Below, in pieces: positions 1 through 12,004 of a DNA stretch of 64,000 nt (position 1 is the first letter of the stretch; every line of letters begins with the position of its first letter). The stretch spans positions 29,884,001 through 29,948,000 of the forward strand of contig CM022673.1 of assembly GCA_012295275.1 (NCBI GenBank), written 5' to 3'. Below the pieces are notes generated by a model, which had not been told where the DNA came from, did no database searches, and worked only from the letters and a program-made list of their open reading frames with translations. Source of the stretch: Chrysomallon squamiferum (lineage: Eukaryota > Animalia > Mollusca). A program made the translations under genes and the position numbers.

Positions 1-2961
1 AAAGTATTATAATTTTTTTATTGTTATTTTTAAAAAGTTTAGTTACTTGTTCTTACAGATTGTCTAAATACTTTAACTTGTATGGAGTACAGTATAATAG
101 CAAGCAAATGGAGCTGTTTAAATTTTTTATTTTTTTATTGATATTTCATGAATAAAAATATTATTGAAAAAGTAACTTTCCTGTAACATTCTAAAGCCTG
201 TTTGATTGTATTTTTATTTATTAATATTATGTACAACAGCAGCAGTTGAATCCGACTCTTTTGAAGTAGCTAGAAAGGCCAAAATGCTTCTGATTTCTAA
301 CATATTAATGGATTATATTATAAGAACACTGCATTTTAATTTTTGTAATTTTCTTTTTTATCTGAATATTTAACAAATATAATTATTTCATTAAAAAACA
401 TTTCAAAATAACCAGTCACTGTGATGTAAATTGCATGGAAATAAAAATGATGATTAACTTGGAATTGTTTATTGGTTGTTTAATTATAATCTACAGAGTG
501 AAATTATAACCTGTATTTGAAAAATGTGAAATTTTAAACAAGACCATCTCTTGAATATATAGCAAGATCGAAAAAAGAAAGAAAAATAAGCACATTGAAA
601 AATCCTCCTCACATTCAAATTAAGACTTATTGCAATGTATTTATCCCAGCAGTTCTGGTATCACTTGAAAGATTGTTTCATATCCTTTTCATTGTTATGC
701 AAAACTAAACATAACACTTACAGAGGCAATGGCCATATCAGTTTAACAACTTTACCACTGGCCAATTAACAGTTTTGTTTTTAAAATGGCTTTATGTATA
801 TGGCATAATTCTTTCTCAGTGTAGTCTGATATTATTAGTTATAATGATCACTTAATTAATGATACAGCTATTTTAATTTATTTTACATATTAAAAGACCT
901 CCCAAAAAAAAAAAAAAAAAAAATTTGCCTATATTCTGCTCTAGAAAAGACTCCCTTTATTGAAGAATATGTAACATATTTTCTGATTTTCTTAAAAAGA
1001 AAGAACTTTTCTTTATTTTTTACTACTGAAATGGATTGTAATATCAGTTATATAGTTTTATCCAGTTGACTTTTATTTTGTTTTGGAATACAAATTATGC
1101 TATATATTTAAAAAAATATGCTCATATATACTCTGTTTTGGAGTGCTTTCAGGCATCTAAATATTAGACATTAGAAATGGAATTACTCTATCAAGAACTG
1201 TTTTATACACTTTTATCAGTATTAATCTTTTTCTTAGTTTTACTATTGCATACTGCAGAGCTGAACATATAAGCTGTTTCTTATGGTAGTAGTAAAACAG
1301 ATTTCAATATATGGTCACAATAATTTGTTTATCAAATTAATGTTTGTTGTGAGAGGTTCAAAATGGCTAGTCACATTTGCTGATGCTGCCTACATACTGT
1401 CAGTATTCAGAAGGTCATGTCTCAAAAAGTAAGCAAGATATCAGAATAATTTTTGTATTTTGTGTTGTGTTCAAAAGTTCTATTTAAGGAGTCACACAGT
1501 GGTGATATATATATTAATATTTTTTATTAGAGTTGGCTGAAATTGTAACACAGTAAAAAAAGAGAAATAAAACTTAAAAACCAAAATATATCAAACTCTC
1601 AAGGAGACCAGATTGGGTCTATTTCACTAGTTCAACTTACTATCCAAATCTCTATAACTGATGGGTCAAATCCACTTCAATTTTGCAGGCAGATTAGGTT
1701 TTTTGAACAAATTTTAAATGTCATTCTTACAACATCATAACAGATGAACATTTTTGCATCATAAAATACTTCTTTATTTGGTTTGTTTTGTTTAATCATT
1801 ATTGTTCTTTCATAACTGATTGAAATTTTCACAGATGTTTGCTGAGATGTATATAAAAGAAAATACAGTTCAGTAAGAAAATCAGTGTTAAAATTTGATA
1901 ATATCATTATCTGAAGTTTTTTTTTCTCAGTGCCTCCCAATTGCATCAGAATTGATCTTTTCTACAAATGTTACCATATGTTTTTGCCAGCAGTCCAACA
2001 ATTTATTTTGGTAAATGTTTGTAAAATAGCAGTGAAATAGCTGATCTGAACAATGGAGACAGTTAAGAAAAGATGCATAGGTTTGCTGTCACATCACATA
2101 TTTAGCCAACCTTTATCGTTTATTCAACAATGTCCCTGCTGACATAGTTTTTGGATAGAGTGGACCCCTTTTCCTGCTGAATATTTCTAAAAAAAATTGC
2201 CATACCATCATACAGTGCAAAAGTAGAGGTTTCCAACAGTATGCAGAATGCCAGCAAAGGTTCAAAACTGTGGAAGATATAGGTACTCAAACAGAAGCTA
2301 TTTTTCAATACCTTTTGTGTCACTGAAGGAAATAAAAGATATAAAATGACAGTGGCATTACAAAAATGTATTTTTATTGTGTACATCACATTTTTTCACA
2401 ACAAAACCAAGCAGTTAACCAAAGAATATGAATCCAACTTCATGATGGATTAAAGAAGAAAATGTAGGTTAACTGATAGATACTAAGGTTCCTTTGGGGA
2501 AGACAAATTTCTGACACCATTGGCCATGTAAAGATAATATAATTCACATTTTAAAATTTTTGTTAAACCAATCTTTACAAGACCCATATGTCTTTTTTTT
2601 TTTTTTTTTTTTTGGTTAATATAGTTTAATGATCTTGGCCATAAAATTACTATTGGATTATTCTTACAAAGCATTATGCATCATATTACTGTCTAATGCA
2701 TTTCAGTATTGCTTCCAATCACATACAGCTGAATACTCTTTTCTCTTAAATGTATGTTGAACCTCATCTAAATATGGGATTATTTTGTTGGTGCATTGTA
2801 TATTAGTATTTAATATCTATTTTTAAACTTAATCCTAAAGTTGATTTTTGATATTAACTTAACATTTGTTCAAGTGCAGTATAAAAAATATAACAAATAG
2901 ATACATTTATGGAAATTGTCGATATTTTATTGCTCATCTTTTTTCACCATTTTGTTTTCAG

Positions 2962-3053
2962 ACAACTGAGGCTGAACTGAAACAGTTCTTTTCTGCATAT
3001 GGAGCAGTAAAGGATACAAAAATTATAGCTGACAGAGCAGGTGTATCAAAGGG
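2962..3053 (+). CDS. BOLL: boule exon, RRM (TTEAELK...GVSKG), 92 nt
   Basis: ttttcag|ACA...AAGGG|gtattt, phase 0-2. Confidence 0.95.
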
Positions 3054-5376
3054 GTATTTATTTATTTATTTAAAAAAAATAATAAAAAAATGTTTACAGA
3101 CTTAATCAGTTTAGACTGACATTTTAAACTGAACAAAACATCTTCAATTTGGTGGACTCAAACCAGAATTTAGTGGAAACCAAAATGAACATCAACTTAT
3201 GCCACAAATCAAAAGTTACCGTAAATGAAATCATCATTGTACAGCACATACAACCGATTGTGAAAAATTGGTATAGCGAATTTACATAATGTTTTAGAAT
3301 TGTGTAGACATTTAAATTAGTGATGCAAAGTTGCTATAATTTACTTATTTAATGCTTCTGTTTACAAATTTATATGTATGAATGATTTTTACATTGTTTT
3401 GATGAAAATTTACCACATGTACTTTTTATTAGATATGGATTTGTTACTTTTGAAAACCAAGAAGATGCTGAAAGAATAATAAAGAAAGAAGTAAGTATAT
3501 CAGTTTAAGTATAATAATTTGTGACAGTAACTAGGCATGATTACCAAATGACTGAAACAAACTGATCTTTGGTAACACTATTTTCAAAATGAGTCAAAAG
3601 GCTGAAATTGTTGAAATAGTATAGATCTCAGTTTCACATAACTAAATGTATATTTGACTGGCACCATTTTCTGAGAGTGGGAAAATATAAATACCCCAAA
3701 ACGAGCAATCTGTTCATGGAAATTATGCCAAGTGTTGTCATTTATTCTAAAACAAAGCAGCAGTCATTAAATATACTTGTAGTTTTTGACAATTTCATAC
3801 CAGGATGTTCCCAATCTATAGTATCAGTTTCAAGCTTGAAATTCCCTTTTTCTGTTTGTGTTGCAGTATTGTGCATTTTTTATTGTGATGGTATACTGAT
3901 GATTTAATTTCATGATAAAAACAAAGATTACTTTAAAAAAGTAATAATTTACCTTTCATGGTTTAACTCTAAACCTGATTCAATTTCATAAAAGTTTTGT
4001 AAGTTTTAGCTGATATTCTTAAGTTTTTAACAGGACATTGATACACTTTAAACTTAAGCAGTTTGAGTAAAAAATGCAATTTTTTTTAAAGGTTTTTAAA
4101 ACTAAATTAAATCAGTTATACAGAAAAAAATGGGACAATGATCACAATTTCAGGATTTGAGGAGAACACTGCTATTTGTATATACCCACAAGAATACTTA
4201 AAATTTCTTCATCATACAAATGAAATGCTTAGCATTACTTTATAACAGAGAGAAAATAATGTATTAAAAATAAAAATAATTTGTAGTTCCGTTTTTCTTT
4301 CTTGTGTACATGAAACATGAATTTTGTAGAGTAAATTATTTATTTTAACATCACATAAGTGGAGAAATTCGCATTCAGAAATGTGAATTATTTGGGATGA
4401 AAGTTGCAGAAATGTTTTCTTAAATATTTATTTTTCTTTTAAATTTCTGTTTTTCAGTCAGACAATTTAGTTTTCAAAGACAGAAAACTTAATATTGGAC
4501 CTGCCATCAGGAAACAGGTATGTAAAATTTTTAGTTTTTTAATGTTAAACCAAATTAGAAATAACCTGATCTGAATATCTTACTATCTTGTACAATTAAT
4601 TTAATTCAGATATAGATATAATAATGTTGATATTACACAAAAAGGGCTAATAGGCCTATATATTTGAAATTTAAACTTGAAAACTGAAACATTTGCATCT
4701 ATATTAAAAGGATTTTAAATGAGGAAAGTGTGAAATTACAATGCAGATATATTTGTTTGGGTTGGTCAGTGTGATATAAAAGAATTGTGAACTAATTAAG
4801 AAGCTGCATTTCAGATTTTTTTCTATAATGCCAATATATTTATTTATTTATTTATTTATTTATTTCCACCATATTTGGAATTTAGCACATATGGTGTAAA
4901 TTGGTGATTTTGAAATATATTTCACTTTAACTTGTTAAACTTTTTTTTTTTTTCTTTACAGGTTTTGCCTCGATCTTTTGGTAAGTATTCATTATATTGT
5001 TCATCTGAAAATTTCAGGTGCAGTCTAACACCAGTGCATGTTGGATGGAAGGATTCAGACAAGTTAAATCAAAATTTATTGTTCCACAGGTCATTTAATT
5101 TGGGGCTTGAATAGTTTCAAAAATAATTATGGAGGATTACATATCCATATGCTGCATATCAAAATTTTAAATGTTTCTTTTCTTTTTTCTTTTTTTTTTT
5201 TTTTTATTTCTTTTATTTTTATTTTTTATTTTTTGCTCTCATACCCTTATTCCTGAAAAATCTTACCTTTGAAATAAGCAAATATAATTATTTTTATTAC
5301 AGAACTGGTCATGTTAATTTCCTTAGGTAATAAATTAGTTTATGAAATAAGTTGGAACTCTCCCAAGAAAGCATTA

Positions 5377-5414
<38 letters not shown>

Positions 5415-8400
5415 ATTTTTATTAGTAATATGATAATAATACCAAAATAAAGAACTGTTAAACATTAATGGTGGGACCTTTTTCCAGCATCTTTTAACAT
5501 TTTATAGTAAATACATGCAATTTTTCAGATTGTTGGAACAAGGGTTAATGGTTTCATGAAATAAATACAGGTAGATGGATGTTGTTTGAATGGTTACATT
5601 TTATGAGTCAAGTATGAATTTCAAATGCATGTTTTAGAGCACCTTTGACAATATTAAATTATGCTTGCCGTTTGTTATGCAAATAGTTTCATTAGAACTT
5701 TAAAATTAAAACTGTTTGTGCATTCGAATTTAAGCTGGGAGAAAAGTTCCACTTCGGTTTGCATGCTATATTTACTTTTTAATGTTTTACCCTGACCTCT
5801 GTTTAACCATACCTCACTGTTATTTTTTCAGTTTTGAAAATATTGTAGGGTTGCCCTTGTTATCCATTTTTTCAGATCCTAATATATCGCAAGGTGGAGT
5901 TATGTTCACAAATGGAACTCCATACACTTACCAAAATGGAATGGCAATTTTTCATTCACCTGAAGGGGGTTACCCCATACCTCAGCCTCAGGTGAGCAAA
6001 CCTTGACAGCGTTATCCAGCTAGCATTCTCCACCAAGTTCTTGATTTCCATGTGCAGTTTTTATTACAAGCCACCACTGTGGCAATAATATTGTGGATTT
6101 TATTTTATTTTTTTAAATTCGTTTTTAAAATGGCATTCAAAATCCACTGACTAAATTATTATAACAAATTGTTTTTTCTTTTTAAAAAGCTCAATGGTAG
6201 ATGGATAGCAGCAGTTAATTAAATAATGTCATGAGTAATATAAATAGTGTTAAAATACTATTAAAAAAAAAGAAGAAAAAATTGATATATACTTATTTAA
6301 ATTATAAATGAGAACAGGTGTATAACATATATTTCATATTTGTGTATTCAGAAATACCTGGCATCAATGGAAGTTTAATACTGCCAATTGCCAGAAGCTG
6401 AGAATGGGCAGTTTGTGTTGGAAATTCAAATTATTCATATTTTTCTAGGAAAAAAAGAAATAATAATAAAATAAAATAATATCATTCTTGACAGTGAAGC
6501 GGTCATTTTACCCAGTGTTTCTGCCCACATCTTGAGATGGTTTATAATTTTTACAATAGTTTCTCATTTGTGACACCAAATGGCTTTATAAATGTAAAAA
6601 CAATTGCCTCCTTAACACTAGAGTATCCAAAACATTTAGGATATTCTAAAACACAATTAATTTAGCATTTTTCTACATTTAAAAAAACTGATATTTTCTT
6701 CATTAGAACATTGAAATTTTTGAAAAATGCACATGGGAATAAAAGATGGAGATTTATTGCATAAAATGTTTGGATTTTTTTTTTTTTTTTTTTTTTTTTT
6801 CTGCTTTTAAAGTTACATTTGTCACCTGTTCATACTTACAAAAGCAAAACCTTTCCTGAAAGTTTATATTTTAATGACATTATTTATGGTTGAGTCTCTA
6901 TGCACACTATAGCATGAACATTTTTGAATTTCATTTTTTATTATTTAACTGTTTTATCTTCTTTTTTTTTTTTAGTAATAATCAGAAAATATTTATAAAT
7001 TTTCTGTTCATCTTTGAAGACATTTGCATCAAAAATCCAAAAGCTGTTTCAGTTTTAATACTTGAAACAAACATTATGAAAACTTTCAAGTATAACATCA
7101 AAATTTTAGCAGAAACAGTGAAATTATATATAGTTATAAAACTGGCTGATAGTAAATAAGTAGGTATTTCCAGTGCACTCACTTCATGGTTTATTAGATT
7201 GTGCTACTGGTCAAAATGTTTGCCATTCCAAGTGAATAATATCTGTTTAGTTCATTTATAAAGAAATGTGTGTGTGTATGTGTGTATGTGTCCAAATAAA
7301 TTAATAAATATAAAATAAAAACCCCAGCATTTTAAAATACTGAAATTTATACCTAACTGAATTTATAAGCCCACTTAAAATTCAGGAAAGGCTTTGCTAG
7401 ATTTGTTTGAGGACAATTTTTTGATAACCAATTTAGGACTACAGTGTAGATTTTTGTGGTTGATATTTTCAGGCATGAGCTTGAAGTTTTTGTTTGACCA
7501 CAGAAAACCAGATGTTGTTTTAATATGAAGGATGCATATTATGAATTTGGTTTTGTGCATCTTATCTGACTTCATGATTTCTGTAAAATTAATAATATTT
7601 GTGATATACACATAGTTTTATTTTTTTCTCTAATTTCAAAATTAAAATATTTTTTAAAATTATTTTAATCGGAATTGATGTTTTCAGTAAATGTCAAAAG
7701 CTGTAAAAGTTTGTTTGAAAATATGCTTTGGCGCATTTCTACCATTGAGCTAAAATCTCACCTGTTCTCTTTACTTTTTTGCTCCATTAAGCTGGAGCCA
7801 AGCACATTACATATTGATTAGTTTATTGTTTAACACTGGGGTTTTGTTAAATATTTCCTTATAAAGGCATTATTTCTCTTGCAAAATGCAAAGTGAAGGA
7901 TTATTTATATGTTACATTTTAAAAATGATTTGGTTGTTTAACATTGTTTTTAAAAATCAGAAACATTAAAAACAATGGACAACACATTCTTGAGATTTCT
8001 GAGAATGTGTAATTAAACTGAAAAATATGTTATTTTGATATAAAGCCTTGGAATTAATCAAATTTGGACAGCGGCAGAAATTCTAATAAAAATATTCTAA
8101 AATTTAAACAGTTGAGATTTATTTTTAAAAAATGACAAAAAGAGAACAGTTTCTGGTTTATTGGTTTTATTGATAATACTTATTCATGTCGGGCGAAAAC
8201 TTCCCTTTTTGCTATATAAAAATTCAAAGTATTAATGGGTTTATGCATTCAGAATTTCTGAAAAGGAAATACAGCAGTAATTAAAGGCTTGTCTTTACAA
8301 ATAATTTGAAACCTATTGTTTTCCCTCATTACTAAATGGTTTTTTGTTTAGCCAACTTACACAACTACAGTGATGGTTCCACAGACAATGCAGACTCCAA

Positions 8401-11400
8401 CACTATATCATGTGTCACCACAGTACCCAGCTTACCAACCAATAAGTGGGTTTGAAGATGCAAACTCAAGGATGTGGCTTCCAAAACCATTGCCTCAAAT
8501 AAAGGAGAGCTTGACAGCACACCTGGTAAAACATTTTTTTTATCTCTGCCCCGGCACTAGTTTAGTAGTTAATAGTTTAATTAATCACATTTAGCACTCA
8601 TTCTCACAACAAACATTTTTCTTTTTAGATAATTTACAAAAGAAAGAACTTAATGACATATTTCACATTATATGTGGCTGATCATTCATTGTGTTAAAAA
8701 AGGAAAGTTAATAAATACTAATAACTACATAAGTATTATGATTATTGATTTTGCCATTTTAATTCCACAATGTGTATTAAATTAGTAAAATGATATTGAA
8801 TTTTGGTGTAATATGTAGGGATAAGAATTTTTGGTACTTGAGTGAATTTCAGTTTTTCATGCTCATTTCTGCAGTTTGTGGAAATCTGGTATAAACATTG
8901 GGGCAGGGTGTGTACATTAGTAATAGGCTCTGGGTCCTGGGTTCCATGCTGCAAATATTCTCACAAAGATCTGAATATGATGCTATATGTTAACCCAAAG
9001 GAGGTACACTAATTGAACAGCTTTGTACAGAGTTACTCAGCAAATGTTGACCAATTAGATCATATATTGTTCTTAATAGCAGATGATTCATTTTGGTAGA
9101 AATTTCCAGCATATATATGAACATGAGATTTTGTTTGTCATCTCAACTACAATTATGTAATAAGATGGTATGTAAGAATACAGAACTGTATTTTATAAAT
9201 TACCAAAACATTTGTGTGTGTGTGTGTGTGTTTAAAAATGTCTCTGGTTGTGCCATAAGTGTACTTTTAATTTTCACAACATTCTTATCTATAAGTTTCT
9301 TAAACTGTTGGAGTTCTAGTTAAATCCAAGGAAATAAATGTAAGTCGAGGACCAATGTACGTAATTCATGGGAAAGTATTGATATATTGAGTGAAATGCA
9401 AATAACTTTAAAAAAAATGGCATAATCACTTGGAAATGTGCCACCATAGCTTGTGGGCTCTGGCATCAACCAGTCTAGCTTTGCTTGCTTTTTATAGACA
9501 ACACTGATGGGGAAATAAACAGCATGTAATATGTATCCATGTTTACTTGGTTGTATAGTAGCTGATAGTATTTTTTGTAGAGGTAAAAATCATGCCTTCA
9601 GTGCTATGCTGATATTTACAATGAGAATGCCCCAGATTTGCTCTGAAAGCATTTTCTGTATCCACAGACAGAGGTGACTTTCACCTTTCTCTGCTCCCAT
9701 TGATTTGGATTGTTTTTTAATACACTAATTGTCATCTCTGTTAATGTTTGTAGACTTGTCTTTGAAAAAAATGATGTTGGCAAATCAGATCTTTTTAATT
9801 TAGCAGGCTACACCACAGTGGACAACAGCAGCTGCTAACCAATGGAGATGGGCAACTCAGGTAAGACATTTTTAATTTTTGGCTATTGGATGAAAGTTTT
9901 TGCAAAGAGGTTTTTTTTTTTTTTTTTTCTGACATTAAAGAAGATGGCAGTGAAAACTGCTGTTACGGTTATTACCACATTAAAGAATTTAAATGTGTTG
10001 ATTGAAAATGTTTCCAAATAGTACACTTAGAAATAAGTCAGTTGTTAAATGTTTAAAAAGAAAACACTTCTTATTATTACTGTCATTTTCATTGATTATT
10101 CTGTTTTCAATTGAAGAGTCCAGGCCAGCCAGCCTATGGTGGAAGTCCTGGCTATATCTATGCGACAGTTCCAACAACACCAGAGGTGATGTATGCACAG
10201 CCACCTCCTCATGCCTACCAGCCTGCTGATATGAGTGATGCATCTCTTGTTGAAGGAGGTACAGTTGAGGTAATTCCTGGCCATTATGCTTTGTGAATGA
10301 GGGCATTTATTTTAAAACCAAATGTCTCGCTCTCAAATGATTGTCGAACATTGTCTCCATTTTATGTTAAATGTTGTGAAGTATAAATAAATTTCTATGA
10401 CTTTCATATTTTCTGCAAGGAACTAAAATATTTATATATATTTCCAAGGGAGCTTAGAAAGATGTATATTTTGTTCAAAAATGTTTTAAAAAGTACTGAT
10501 ATTATTTTTAATATCAATTGTCTTTCACGACTCTTCATTAAAAATAAATAAGTAAAAAAATGAAATAGTTAATGTTCATGCAAAACAAATTACAAACTGT
10601 TCATGTAAATGAAAAATGTATTTGATTTCATAAAATTGAATATATATGAGGATCATAGAAGCATAAATATTGTTACTTATAGCTGTTAAGATATTTAATA
10701 TGTATATTTTGTTTTATCGTTAAGACTCTACTCAAAGAAGAATCCCATATTTTAAGGAATATTATGCTTGTGCCTTGATATGTTTTTACATTTATTAAAT
10801 CTTACATACTAACTTGTAAGTGCTTTAAGGTCTAATGTTGTGTGCCCATACCTGTGAGCAGTTTGCTGCTGTTGAAATTCTTAAAAGCATGTTATTTCTG
10901 TCAGATTTTTAACATGTAAATTTCTTAAATTAAACCTGCTTGTAATGTTCAGATGAGTCCAATTGTTTAGTTTGCAGTGACAAACTTACTGCAGCAATGT
11001 TTTGCTCAATCTTACTTTAGCACAACTAGGTCCACTATTTTCCACCCTAGCTTGTGGTTTAGTACATAAAAATCAAGTTTACCCTACCTTGACAGAGAAT
11101 ATTTCTTAACTGAAAATTGCAGGGGGTAATGTTTTCAGTTGTAATTTTCTTATGTTGGATTTTAAAGATTGCTTTATGTGGGAAAGCGACTTGCTCATAA
11201 GTATGGGCTCTAAAACATTTATTATTTTCAGTGCATATATTTTGAACATTTTATTTAATGGCATGGAATTGATTGGAATAAACCCAGCTAAAGACAGGTT
11301 ATGAAAGAAATGTTGGTTTTTTTTCTTTTTTTTTTTTCATTTTTCATTTTTTTTTTTTTTGTTCTTAAATGCATGTTTGGCTAGGAGTGTGTAATTTTGA

Positions 11401-11483
11401 AAAGTCCTATTTTAGTTTATTAATCTCATGGATTATTGAGATTTCAAGCTATTCAGAATTTAAAAGTATATGATATTTTATAT

Positions 11484-11518
<35 letters not shown>

Positions 11519-12004
11519 TTTCACTACAGATGTAATTGTTAGTTTGCATGCATTAAGTTTCAAAAGGCAAAATTTCGAATTTCTCTGGTGGGTTTATTCC
11601 AATGAAGAAATTATTTAGAATGGTCCCAGAAAAAAGGACTAAAATGTGAAACAAAATCCCAATTTTTTCAGGGCAATGTCATCCCAGTGGAGCAATCTTT
11701 GGCCAATCGCATGCATGTTTCTGATGCTAACAGTTACAGCTGTGAACAGCCCCCTGTGATTTCTATAAACACTCCTTCTCCAAATACAACCAGCACTGTA
11801 GCTAATTTGAAGAAACATGTTGCAATTACCAGACGATCATACAGCAGTCCCACTATTTTTGTTAAGCATGGCCACAAAGTTCAAAGGGTTATGGTTGCAA
11901 ATAAATCTCCAACCAATGTATATGGTCTGCAAGAGGGTGGGGACTATCATGATGGTGTTATCAAAGCACCACATCTTAATACTCAGTCTAACATGTTTAA
12001 CTGA
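2962..12004 (+). CDS. BOLL: boule (DAZ-family RRM RNA-binding protein), spliced, 5'-partial; 9 coding exons in window
   Basis: Joined exons read TTEAELKQFFSAYGAVKDTKIIADRAGVSKGYGFVTFENQEDAERIIKKESDNLVFKDRKLNIGPAIRKQ (RNP1 KGYGFVTF plus the Boule-typical LNIGPAIRKQ), followed by a P/Q/Y/T-rich tail. Splice sites are canonical and phases are consistent. The RNP2 exon is not in the window. Confidence 0.93.
3433..3490 (+). CDS. BOLL: boule exon, RNP1 (YGFVTFENQEDAERIIKKE), 58 nt
   Basis: ttattag|A TAT GGA...GAA|gtaagt, phase 2-0. Confidence 0.95.
4458..4517 (+). CDS. BOLL: boule exon (SDNLVFKDRKLNIGPAIRKQ), 60 nt
   Basis: ttttcag|TCA...CAG|gtatgt, phase 0-0. Confidence 0.95.
4962..4980 (+). CDS. 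BOLL: boule 19-nt micro-exon (VLPRSF)
   Basis: Long T tract + tacag|GTTTTGCCTCGATCTTTTG|gtaagt. Supplies the phase 0-to-1 change needed by the next exon. Confidence 0.85.
5876..5991 (+). CDS. BOLL: boule exon, DAZ-repeat-like (DPNISQGGVMFTNGTPYTYQNGMAIFHSPEGGYPIPQPQ)
   Basis: tttttcag|AT...CAG|gtgagc, phase 1-0; YTYQNGMAIF resembles the Boule YTYHNGVAYF motif. Confidence 0.9.
8352..8525 (+). CDS. BOLL: boule exon (PTYTTTVMVPQ...YPAYQP..AHL); 3' boundary uncertain (8441 or 8525)
   Basis: tgtttag|CCA ACT TAC; first phase-0 donor with a good consensus is CTG|gtaaaa at 8525; ATAAGT follows 8441. Confidence 0.75.
9804..9860 (+). CDS. BOLL: boule exon (QATPQWTTAAANQWRWATQ); NAGNAG acceptor
   Basis: tttag|cag|GCT...CAG|gtaaga, phase 0-0. 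Confidence 0.85.
10117..10269 (+). CDS. BOLL: boule exon (SPGQPAYGGSPGYIYA...EGGTVE)
   Basis: ttcaattgaag|AGT...GAG|gtaatt, phase 0-0, P/Y/Q-rich. Confidence 0.85.
11672..12004 (+). CDS. BOLL: boule terminal coding exon (GNVIPVEQ...NMFN*)
   Basis: ttttttcag|GGC AAT; 111 open codons to TGA; GC content above the flanks. Confidence 0.8.
   Translation, partial: GNVIPVEQSLANRMHVSDANSYSCEQPPVISINTPSPNTTSTVANLKKHVAITRRSYSSPTIFVKHGHKVQRVMVANKSPTNVYGLQEGGDYHDGVIKAPHLNTQSNMFN

Noticed and set aside
1-2961. Search for the boule start/RNP2 exon (PNRIFVGG-like) and the short ORFs here
   Set aside because: No such motif with splice sites was found. The region is intron and the listed ORFs look like AT-rich noise.
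5832-5875. Upstream acceptors for the boule DAZ-like exon
   Set aside because: The 5832 site is out of phase. The 5849 site is in frame but has a weak pyrimidine tract and would add a hydrophobic intron-like peptide.
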